Shown: in pieces, positions 19,121 through 27,368 of the stretch | How the letters are laid out: every line of letters starts with the position of its first letter | How positions within the stretch are numbered: position 1 is the stretch's first letter | Source: Oscillospiraceae bacterium | GTDB lineage: Bacteria > Bacillota > Clostridia > Oscillospirales > Oscillospiraceae | DNA length: 57,001 nucleotides | Assembly: GCA_902785115.1 (NCBI GenBank) | Contig: CACZXQ010000001.1 | Span: 1 to 57,001, forward strand | Reading direction: 5' to 3' | The notes under the pieces: model-generated | What the model saw: the letters and a program-made list of their open reading frames with translations, nothing else | The model's database searches: none | What the model was told of the DNA's origin: nothing | Position numbers and translations under genes: made by a program

Positions 19121-19762
19121 TTAGTTGAGGACGTTAGCAAGATCGGCAAAGGAAAGCAGGTCGTAGTCTTCCAGTCCGCAGCCCCTGGCATCTCCAAAGA
19201 GTGCGAAAGCCGTCATGCCTGCCGCCTTGGCCGCTTGGATCCCTGCTTTTGCGTCTTCGATGACGATGCAGTCAGCCGGATCCTTGTTTATTTTTTCAGC
19301 AGCCTTCAAAAACACTTCCGGATCCGGCTTCGAGCGCGTGATATCCGTTCCGTCCGCAATGGCGTCAAAGAATCCGGCAAGGCCGATCCGCTCCAGAATG
19401 AACTTGGTGTTTTTGCTGGAGGAGCCGATGGCCATGGTGTAACCTCTGGACTTCAGCGTGTGCAGGGTCTCTCTCACCTCATCGGAAAGATCCGCAGGAC
19501 TCATGTTCTTCAGAAGCTCCCGATAGGTTTCGTTCTTCTCGGTAGTAAAGGCTTCTTTTTCCTCCTGCGTATAGGCACGATCCGCCCGCTCCAGGATGAT
19601 TTCCAGGCTCGCCATGCGGCTGACCCCGCGGAGTCTGTCATTGATCTTCTCGTCAAAGTAGATGCCGAGCCGGTCAGCCAACTGCTTCCAGGCCTGATAG
19701 TGAAAACGGTCGGTAAAGCAGATGACGCCGTCCAGGTCAAAGATGATCGCTTTTGTCTGCAT
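19121..19762 (-). CDS. pgmB: Beta-phosphoglucomutase (HAD superfamily)
   Basis: Nucleophile motif IIFDLDGVI, then LRGVSRMASLE, GSSSKN and IEDAKAGIQAAKAAGM. Confidence 0.8.
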   Translation of the reverse strand: MQTKAIIFDLDGVICFTDRFHYQAWKQLADRLGIYFDEKINDRLRGVSRMASLEIILERADRAYTQEEKEAFTTEKNETYRELLKNMSPADLSDEVRETLHTLKSRGYTMAIGSSSKNTKFILERIGLAGFFDAIADGTDITRSKPDPEVFLKAAEKINKDPADCIVIEDAKAGIQAAKAAGMTAFALFGDARGCGLEDYDLLSFADLANVLN

Positions 19763-19767
19763 CTCTG

Positions 19768-20721
19768 TCAGACCTCATACATGGCGTCGGCTTCCTCCGG
19801 TGTCAGCTCCATGTTGCCGCCGATCATGCTCTCTTCCAGCTGCGAAAGCTTCGTCGCGCCGATGATGGCCACGCCGGGCAGCTTGTTGTTGGCAATATAG
19901 GCCACGACCGGAGCTGCAATGGGGACATTGCGCTCATGCGCTACCTTCAGCGCACGCTCGTAACGCACGAGATTCTCTTCGCTGCCGTAGAACATTTTCA
20001 GATGGGGAGGAGGATTGTCAAAGCCGAGAGACTGGAGCTTGGCACAGAAGCCGGATGCCTGGGAGCTGAACGCGAAGACGGGCATGTTCTGCTCCAGATA
20101 CCAGTTGTAGGACTCATCGGTCATGACGACTGCGCCATGCTCTTTGAAGTATTCTTCCTTGGTGGACGAAAAGCTCCACTGAATCTGGCTGGCCAGGAAG
20201 CCCTGCTGGCCGGAACGTTTGGCGTAGTCATTTGCTGCCTGGATGCGGTCGATGTGCCAATTGGAGCAACCGATCAGGCGTGCCTTGCCGGCTTTGATCA
20301 CGCGGTTGATGTTGTCAATGATCTGCTCGACCGGGACAGACTCGTTGTCCTTGTGGATCCAATAAATGTCAATGCAGTCGGTATCCAAGGTCTTCAGGCT
20401 GGCGTTGATGTCGCTGTCCAGATCTTCCCAGCTGAGACGGCTGGGGCCGTTATCGCCGCCGATGGGGTGGCAGCCTTTGGTGGAGATGACGATCTGACTG
20501 CGCTTGCCGCAGTTTCTCAGGTATTCACCGACCATCTCTTCGCAGCGTCCATCACCGTAGGCGCGGGCGGTATCCAGGCAGTTGCCGCCCAGATCCAGGT
20601 AGCGGTCGAAGATGCGCCAGACCTCTTCCTTCTCCAGCCTCATCATACCCATGGCCGAACCCATGGCGATACGAGAGGTGCGAATCGTCTCCTGATATCC
20701 CTGTAAATCCAGATACTTCAT
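19768..20721 (-). CDS. Aldo/keto reductase
   Basis: 317 aa with LDTARAYGDG and IGCSNW-type motifs. RBS is AAGGAGAA. Confidence 0.85.
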   Translation of the reverse strand: MKYLDLQGYQETIRTSRIAMGSAMGMMRLEKEEVWRIFDRYLDLGGNCLDTARAYGDGRCEEMVGEYLRNCGKRSQIVISTKGCHPIGGDNGPSRLSWEDLDSDINASLKTLDTDCIDIYWIHKDNESVPVEQIIDNINRVIKAGKARLIGCSNWHIDRIQAANDYAKRSGQQGFLASQIQWSFSSTKEEYFKEHGAVVMTDESYNWYLEQNMPVFAFSSQASGFCAKLQSLGFDNPPPHLKMFYGSEENLVRYERALKVAHERNVPIAAPVVAYIANNKLPGVAIIGATKLSQLEESMIGGNMELTPEEADAMYEV

Positions 20722-20737
20722 GTGTGCTTCTCCTTTT

Positions 20738-21583
20738 TTATTTATTGTTTTCGGGTACGTTCAAAATCGCCGGGTTATAACTGATCCAGACATTGCCGTG
20801 GCTATGCTTCTTCTGGTTGGGAATGGGAGACATCGGCATGCAGACATCCTCATCGTTCTCTGTCTGGCGCAGAGAAAGCTCTCTTGCGCAGGACATCTCG
20901 TTGAGGATGATTTCCCGACTCAGCGGTTTCTTCCAGTGGCCGCCAAAGAGCGTTGTATCTGCCGGAACCTTTTCCGTAAACGCCTGGATCGCGTCGGCCA
21001 TCTCGGCAAAGGCCTCAAGCGACTTGATGGAAGACGCCGGGATTCGCTCGCCAAAGGCGTCTCCGACAAAACAGTACCCGTCCGCGCTGTTGAAAACAGC
21101 GACAGAACCGAGCGAATGACCGGGGAGCTTCAGAATCTCCAGCGTGATGCCTCCGAGATCGAAGGTATCACCGTTCTGCACGTTTTTATACTGGAAGCCG
21201 GAGCAATCGAGACAATGCGCTTCCGCATAGGCCAGCAGTTCGGGGTCTTTGTGGCTGAACATGCCTGCATCCCGCATCCTGCTCTCCTTTGAGAGACGCG
21301 GGATCTGGTTTTCGTCCCGCTCGCTCATGTAGACCTCATCGAACAGCACAGAGCCGCCGATGTGATCCGGATGACCGTGCGTGAGGATATTGACGATCGG
21401 TTTATCGGTCAGGCCGCTCACCAGCTCGCGAAGCTCGGTTCCGAATAAGCCCATGCCGCTGTCGATCAGCGCAGCCTTCTCTTCCCCGATGACAAGACCG
21501 AGGACAAGCGCGGAATCCTCCGCATAGTGCTCCCGAATCAGCCAGAGGCTGTCGGAGACCTTTTCCGTCTGATAAATATTCAT
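20738..21583 (-). CDS. MBL-fold metallo-hydrolase
   Basis: Start trimmed to MNIYQTEK (ATG at 21583 after AAAGGAGAA). Contains the LTHGHPDHIGG motif. Confidence 0.8.
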   Translation of the reverse strand: MNIYQTEKVSDSLWLIREHYAEDSALVLGLVIGEEKAALIDSGMGLFGTELRELVSGLTDKPIVNILTHGHPDHIGGSVLFDEVYMSERDENQIPRLSKESRMRDAGMFSHKDPELLAYAEAHCLDCSGFQYKNVQNGDTFDLGGITLEILKLPGHSLGSVAVFNSADGYCFVGDAFGERIPASSIKSLEAFAEMADAIQAFTEKVPADTTLFGGHWKKPLSREIILNEMSCARELSLRQTENDEDVCMPMSPIPNQKKHSHGNVWISYNPAILNVPENNK

Positions 21584-21597
21584 GTTCTTCTCCTTTT

Positions 21598-22701
21598 TTA
21601 CAGGAACGCGATGGCCGCCGGGTGCGTGATTTTCTCCGACACAGCGGCTTTTTCCAAGGTTCCGTTCTCCAGGATGCGGTAGCTGACCACATTTTCCGTA
21701 TCGTTGCATGCGAGCAGCAGGTAGTTTCCATCCGGCGAGAAAGCAGCGCCGCGCACCGCTTTGCTCTCGGTTTCCAGGCTCTGGACACACCGGAGGCTTC
21801 CGGTTTCCGGGTCAATGTCCATCACATACAAACGTCCAAGCCCACGCAGCACATCGTAGAGCTGCCGTCCGTCCGCGTTGATCAGGATCTCGGACTGGTT
21901 ATCGCGCGGCCCCAGTTCCGCATCTCCCACGGGAAGCTGTACATCCTCCTCCCAAACGCAGCTCTCTTCCGACCAGCGGAATTTGCTGACGACGCCATTG
22001 CGCTCATAGTTGAGATACAGATAGGGGAGCGTCGGATGGAAGATCAAATGCCGCGGACCGGAGCCAGCTTTGCACGGTGTTTCAAAAAGAGGCACCAGCT
22101 TTTCATTTTCGTAATCAATCTTGAAAAAACCGATCCGATCCGCCCCGAGATTGCCGTATGCAAAGCAACTTCCATCCGGCGCGAGGAAAGCTTTGTGGAT
22201 AAAGGACGGTTTTGGCGCAGTCGCATTGGAGTGATGGAGCACATCGCAGAGCTTGCCAGGGGTTCCATCTTCATTCATGCGGTACAGATTTGTGATAGTA
22301 TCGGGGAATACCTTTTCAGAATGCCAGGCTCCGTCCTCGCCCTGCGTCACTTTGATGGTCGGCATGCCGATGGCAAAATGTGTGACAACCATGTATTTGC
22401 CGGTCTTATCGAAGGTAACGCCGGACGTGTTGGACGCCATCGTAAACGTGTGGCTTTTCTCCGTCAGCTCTCCGCTGACCGGGTCAGACTCAAGGCACAG
22501 GACGCCGCCCCCACCGTCGGGACAGGTGATGATCTGCTCGTCCGTGGAATACAGCCGACCGTCTTTCACTGTCAGGCTTCCGGCATTGGTGCGCGGGGAA
22601 AGCAGCTTCCGCGGCGTGACACATCCGTTTTCGGCATCATACTCGCAAACGGTGATCCCCTCCGCGCCGGCATAGTTAAAGCTTCCTACATAGGCAAACA
22701 T
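21598..22701 (-). CDS. Lactonase, 7-bladed beta-propeller family (6-phosphogluconolactonase-like)
   Basis: 367 aa with repeated beta-propeller blade pattern, MFAYVGSFN N-terminus and GSGPRHLIFHP. Confidence 0.7.
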   Translation of the reverse strand: MFAYVGSFNYAGAEGITVCEYDAENGCVTPRKLLSPRTNAGSLTVKDGRLYSTDEQIITCPDGGGGVLCLESDPVSGELTEKSHTFTMASNTSGVTFDKTGKYMVVTHFAIGMPTIKVTQGEDGAWHSEKVFPDTITNLYRMNEDGTPGKLCDVLHHSNATAPKPSFIHKAFLAPDGSCFAYGNLGADRIGFFKIDYENEKLVPLFETPCKAGSGPRHLIFHPTLPYLYLNYERNGVVSKFRWSEESCVWEEDVQLPVGDAELGPRDNQSEILINADGRQLYDVLRGLGRLYVMDIDPETGSLRCVQSLETESKAVRGAAFSPDGNYLLLACNDTENVVSYRILENGTLEKAAVSEKITHPAAIAFL

Positions 22702-22759
22702 AGTTTCCCGCCTTTCTTCTTTTCTCTGGCTCGATTATAGGGGGAATTCTTCTATTTCC

Positions 22760-22801
22760 GCAATTCCGTTTTCCCCCGTCTCAAGCCTCAAATCGAATTG
22801 C
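22760..22801. promoter_or_regulatory. Island dyad site 4 (best dyad) between divergent operons
   Basis: GCAATTCCGTTT-N18-AAATCGAATTGC. The minus strand reads AAACGGAATTGCGG-N18-TATAAT, with the -35 at 22758-22763 and the -10 at 22734-22739. Confidence 0.65.
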
Positions 22802-22861
22802 GGGAAAAGGCGAAATGCTTCATAGTTAAGGTACAGAAAAAGAGTTTGGAGGGTTACTGCG

Positions 22862-24049
22862 ATGGCAAAGCTTCTTAACGCGACGATTCTGGCGGAAGTC
22901 AAAGCGGACGGTTTAAAAAGCACAGGCGTCGTTTTACAGTATGATGAGGCCGCTATCCATGCGGCAGCGGACTATCAGGTAGAGGGGCGGGAAATCACCG
23001 GCATTTGCCGTACGGGTGCGCAGGTCACACTCTTTCTCGCGCCAAACGCGGATGATGCCATGACCCATGAGGTAGATAAAGACGGCCTTCCTCTTCGCCG
23101 CAAACAACCAACGCAGGCAGGCAAAGAAGAAGGCAACAAGGAGGCTATGACCGGGCCGGTGGAGGATGGCCGCCACACAGCGTTCAAGGTTCCTGTTCTG
23201 TCCGTCTCCACACCGGAGGGTGAGATCCGAACCGCAGGCTTCACCTGCGAAGTGATGGAGAAGTTTCAGCTGTTCTCGCTGGGCGGCTCGGACTATATGC
23301 TCTATATTCCTGAGCATCTCGGGGCGGGGAAGCAATATCCCCTCGTTCTCTATGTGCCGGATGCACGCGGGATCGCGAGGGATCCCCGCGTCGCTTTGGC
23401 TGTCACCTGCGGCGGCACCATGTGGGTCGAAGACGATTGGCAGCAGGAGCATCCTTGCTTCGTGCTTGTTCCGGCGTTTAAGCCCATGGAGATCCTGACA
23501 CACGACGATTTTACTTATCATGAAAAGCTCCCTCTGATTCTCTCCATGATCCGCGAGGTCACAGAACGCTATCCGGTGGATGAAAACCGCATCTACGGCA
23601 TCGGCGCTTCGATGGGCTGCATGACCAACTGTCAGTTGGACATCATGGCTCCGGAGCTCTTTGCCGCTCAAATCCTGGTTGCCGGTCAATGGGACGCCGA
23701 GAAATGCGGCAAGGTCATGAAGGATAAGCCTCTCTGGATTCTGGTCAGCGACGGCGACCTGAAAGCTCATCCGGGCATGGATGCCATCACAGCCTCCATC
23801 GAAGCAAATGGCGGTACCGTCACCCGCTATGTCTGGGATGCAAAAAAAGACGATCTGGAGGCGAAGGCCCGGGAGACGCTTGTGGATACGGCCGCCTGCC
23901 GCTACGTCATTTTTGCCGGAAACAGTGTGATTCCGGAGGGTGCTCCCATCCACGGCGGAACGCATCACATTTTCAGCTTTCCCGTTGCCTATTCCATCCG
24001 CACCATCCGCGAATGGCTGTTTACAAATCATAAAGAAGCGAGGGTCTGA
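22862..24049 (+). CDS. Alpha/beta-hydrolase (esterase/peptidase-like) with an N-terminal extra domain
   Basis: 395 aa with GIGASMGC nucleophile elbow and a late GGTHH. RBS is GGAGGG. Confidence 0.7.
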   Translation: MAKLLNATILAEVKADGLKSTGVVLQYDEAAIHAAADYQVEGREITGICRTGAQVTLFLAPNADDAMTHEVDKDGLPLRRKQPTQAGKEEGNKEAMTGPVEDGRHTAFKVPVLSVSTPEGEIRTAGFTCEVMEKFQLFSLGGSDYMLYIPEHLGAGKQYPLVLYVPDARGIARDPRVALAVTCGGTMWVEDDWQQEHPCFVLVPAFKPMEILTHDDFTYHEKLPLILSMIREVTERYPVDENRIYGIGASMGCMTNCQLDIMAPELFAAQILVAGQWDAEKCGKVMKDKPLWILVSDGDLKAHPGMDAITASIEANGGTVTRYVWDAKKDDLEAKARETLVDTAACRYVIFAGNSVIPEGAPIHGGTHHIFSFPVAYSIRTIREWLFTNHKEARV

Positions 24050-24052
24050 ACC

Positions 24053-25729
24053 ATGATCGATTTACGAGCGAAACCCTTTTATCTGGACGATGAGGCGATT
24101 GCCTGGGTCGAGCAGACCATCGCCGGAATGAGCATTGATGAAAAAATCGGCCAGCTCTTCATTCCCATTTGCTATTCTTCCGATCCAGCCTTTCTGGAGC
24201 ATGTCATGCTTGGCCACCACATCGGCGGTATCATGTATCGTCCCGGCCCGGGAGCCACGCGGCAGCACGACCACCGTTTTTTGCAGGAGCACAGCAGGGT
24301 CCCCCTCCTTGTCGGCGCAAATCTGGAATACGGCGGCAACGGAGTGGCCGAGGAGGGCACCTTCTTCGGAACCCAGATGCAAGTCGCCGCGACGGGCGAT
24401 GTGAACAACGCCTATCTGCTGGGGAAGATTTCCGCCGCTGAGGGGAAGGCCTGCGGCTGCAACTGGGCCTTCGCGCCTGTCGTGGACATTGACCGCAACT
24501 GGCGCAACCCCATCACCAATGTTCGCACCTATGGCGACGACGCGGAGCGCGTTCTCGCCTGCGGTCTGGCGTTTAAAAAAGGCGTGGACGAAGCCGGAAT
24601 GGCGGTCGCCGTCAAGCACTTCCCCGGCGATGGCTGCGACGAGGTGGATCAGCACATCCTCACCTCGGTCAACACCCTGAGCTGTGAAGACTGGGACAGC
24701 AGCTATGGGAAGATCTATCAGGGACTGATCGACGACGGCGCGCTGACCGTTATGGTCGGTCATATTGCCATGCCCGCCTATGAGCATTTCTATGACGTGC
24801 ACACGCCGAAGCAGCTCATCCCCGCTTCGCTGAGCAAAGCGCTGCTCGGCGGTCTGCTGCGCGGGAAGCTGGGCTTCAACGGCCTGATCTCTACGGATTC
24901 CTCCTGCATGGTGGGCTTCTCCAGCGCCATGGCGCGCGCCGAAGCGCTGCCCCACTGCATCGAAGCTGGCTGCGACATGATCCTCTTCAATAAGGATCTG
25001 GACGAGGACTTCCGCTTCATGAAGCAGGGTTATGAACAGGGTCTGCTGTCTGAGGAGCGTCTGACCGAGGCTCTGACGCGAATTCTTGCCACCAAGGCTG
25101 CTCTGGGGCTTCATAAGCAGCGGGACGTCTCTGCCGGAGCAGACCTCTCCGTTCTTTCCGCTCCAAAGCATGTGGACGCCGCGCGCCGCTGTGCCGATGA
25201 GGCGATCACGCTGGTCAAAGACACGCAGGCGCTTCTTCCGCTCAGCCCGGAGAAGACCAAACGAGTTCTGCTGGAGGTCATGGGTGAATTCCCCGGCACC
25301 AGGCGTGTCACGGAGAGCTTTGCAGACAGGCTGCGCGCCGAGGGTTTTGAGGTTGAAATCTACGAAAAGGAGCAGCCGGGCCGTCATGATTTTTCGGTGA
25401 CCACGTTCCGCGAGAAATACGATCTGGTGCTCTATCTTGGCAACATCGAGAATGAGAGCAACCATGTGACCAACCGCCTCAGCTGGCACACCTTCTTCGG
25501 CAACGGCAACAACTGCCCTTGGTTTGTCAAGGAGCGTCCCACGCTGTTTATCAGCCTAGCCAATCCCTATCATCTGGTGGACATTCCCATGATCCAGACC
25601 TATATCAACTGTTACTGCAACAGCGAATTCATTCTGGAGGCGCTTTTAGAAAAGCTCATGGGCCGCAGTCCGTTTGTTGGGCAAAACCCGGTGGATCCCT
25701 TCTGCGGGAAGGAGTATTTGAAATACTGA
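24053..25729 (+). CDS. Glycoside hydrolase family 3 protein
   Basis: 558 aa with KIGQLF, NWAFAPVVDI and KHFPGDGCDEVDQH. It is a paralog of 6644-8347. Confidence 0.85.
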   Translation: MIDLRAKPFYLDDEAIAWVEQTIAGMSIDEKIGQLFIPICYSSDPAFLEHVMLGHHIGGIMYRPGPGATRQHDHRFLQEHSRVPLLVGANLEYGGNGVAEEGTFFGTQMQVAATGDVNNAYLLGKISAAEGKACGCNWAFAPVVDIDRNWRNPITNVRTYGDDAERVLACGLAFKKGVDEAGMAVAVKHFPGDGCDEVDQHILTSVNTLSCEDWDSSYGKIYQGLIDDGALTVMVGHIAMPAYEHFYDVHTPKQLIPASLSKALLGGLLRGKLGFNGLISTDSSCMVGFSSAMARAEALPHCIEAGCDMILFNKDLDEDFRFMKQGYEQGLLSEERLTEALTRILATKAALGLHKQRDVSAGADLSVLSAPKHVDAARRCADEAITLVKDTQALLPLSPEKTKRVLLEVMGEFPGTRRVTESFADRLRAEGFEVEIYEKEQPGRHDFSVTTFREKYDLVLYLGNIENESNHVTNRLSWHTFFGNGNNCPWFVKERPTLFISLANPYHLVDIPMIQTYINCYCNSEFILEALLEKLMGRSPFVGQNPVDPFCGKEYLKY

Positions 25730-25739
25730 GGACAAGCGT

Positions 25740-27104
25740 ATGAATCGAACCGACAGTGTGACAATGGACCTTTTGCATGAGCCAGTCGGGTCAACGCTGC
25801 TACGCTTCTCTCTCCCGTTTATGCTCAGTACGCTGCTGCAGACGCTGTACTCCACCACGGACACCATCATCGTCGGACAGTTTCTGGGCTCCGCAGGACT
25901 CTCTGCCGTGTCCAACGGCAGCCAGCTCATGCAAATGCTCTACATGATCTGCATCGGCTTTTCTTCCGCCGGGCAGATCATTATCGCACAATCGGAAGGC
26001 ATGCAGGATCACGGCAAGACACAAAAGGTCGTAGGGACCCTGCTGCTCATGGAGCTGATTCTCTCCCTTTTGCTTGGCCTTGCCAGCGTTGTGTTTGCAA
26101 AACAGCTTTTGCTTCTCCTGCACACGCCGGAAGATGCGCTTGCGCAAGCCGTATGGTACACGGTGATCTGCGGCGCGGGCATGGTATTTACAGGCCTGTA
26201 TAACATGCTGAGCGCCGTCCTGCGCGGAATGGGCGACAGCCGTCACCCGCTCCTTTTTGCCGTAATTGCCTCTGTCTGCAATCTGGTTCTGGACATAGTG
26301 TTTGTCGCCGTCTTTCACTGGAATGTGGCGGGAACAGCCCTGGCCACAGTGATCGGTCAGGCCATCAGCGTTGTGTTCAGCTTCGTCTTTCTGCGCCGAA
26401 ATGAAGAGCGCCTTGGGCTGAAGTTGGATAAAGCGAGTCTGAAGCCAGACCGTAAAATGGCAGGGATGATCGCCAAGCTGGGGATTCCGATGGCGATCCA
26501 GAGCAGCGCCATCCAGTTCAGCTTTCTGTTTGTCAGCCGTATGGTCAATTCTCTCGGCTTGACGGTCAGCGCCGCCTTTGGCGTAGCTCAAAAGCTCAGA
26601 AATCTGCCGGGCATCCTGACCCAGGGCTTGCAGCTTGGTTCCTCCAGTATGATCGGCCAAAACTGGGGCGCTGGTTTGAGCAGGCGCGTCAGCAGCACGG
26701 TAAAATGGTGTACGCTGTTTGCCTCTCTGGTCAATCTTGCCTTTGGTCTGGTTTTTGCTTTCGCACCGAACCTGTGCTTCCGCGCCTTTACGCAGGATGA
26801 GACGGTTCTCGCATATGCGGGAATGCGTATGCTTGCCCTTGTTGTCGAGCTACCGGCCAAATGCTTTATGCCCGGCTGCGGCTCGCTGATCACCGCCCAA
26901 GGATTTGTTCAATTCAGTTTTATCATGGCCTTTGTTGACGCTTTCGCTGGCCGCATCCTCTTCTGCTGGCTTCTCGGCGTCGCGATGGGTCTTGGTGCTC
27001 AAGGCTTTTTCCTCGGCTATAGCATCGGAACTTATCTGACCTCGATTCCCCAGCTGATTTACTATGTCACTGGACTTTGGGAACGTAGGAAGATTCTGAC
27101 ATAG
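25740..27104 (+). CDS. MATE-family efflux transporter
   Basis: 454 aa, 12 TM, typical MATE N-terminus (LLRFSLPFMLSTLLQTLYSTTDTIIVGQFLG). Confidence 0.9.
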   Translation: MNRTDSVTMDLLHEPVGSTLLRFSLPFMLSTLLQTLYSTTDTIIVGQFLGSAGLSAVSNGSQLMQMLYMICIGFSSAGQIIIAQSEGMQDHGKTQKVVGTLLLMELILSLLLGLASVVFAKQLLLLLHTPEDALAQAVWYTVICGAGMVFTGLYNMLSAVLRGMGDSRHPLLFAVIASVCNLVLDIVFVAVFHWNVAGTALATVIGQAISVVFSFVFLRRNEERLGLKLDKASLKPDRKMAGMIAKLGIPMAIQSSAIQFSFLFVSRMVNSLGLTVSAAFGVAQKLRNLPGILTQGLQLGSSSMIGQNWGAGLSRRVSSTVKWCTLFASLVNLAFGLVFAFAPNLCFRAFTQDETVLAYAGMRMLALVVELPAKCFMPGCGSLITAQGFVQFSFIMAFVDAFAGRILFCWLLGVAMGLGAQGFFLGYSIGTYLTSIPQLIYYVTGLWERRKILT

Positions 27105-27113
27105 GCTGAAAAA

Positions 27114-27139
27114 GGTCGCAGGTGTTTTTACCTGCGACC
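27114..27139 (+). terminator. Terminator of the plus-strand MATE gene
   Basis: GGTCGCAGG-TGTTTTTA-CCTGCGACC followed by TTTG. Confidence 0.6.
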
Positions 27140-27368
27140 TTTGCTCTATCCTGTTTATTGCAACGTACCCTTTGTGGTTGCAGTGAAACTTGAACTGGTG
27201 CCTTTAGGGCTATGAGTCTGCCCAAATTGAGTCGTTTTCCAATCCTGTCAGACAGCTACCAAGTCATTTTTACTTCAAAACTCTCTTGTGGGTGTTGGCA
27301 CAAGGGTCTCCCCTACGTGAGTGACCGGGTTTTACGCGGTTTCTCGCATTTTACAACACGTCCCTTTT

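Noticed and set aside
20738-21790. 350-aa version of the second MBL ORF, and similar 5'-extended track ORFs (10402-11391, 28737-29390, 33509-34426, 46192-49659, 42672-46463, 49585-50868, 40403-42196)
   Set aside because: The extensions overlap the upstream gene or lack an RBS. Internal ATGs preceded by GGAGG-type sites give N-termini typical of the families, so the shorter coordinates were used.
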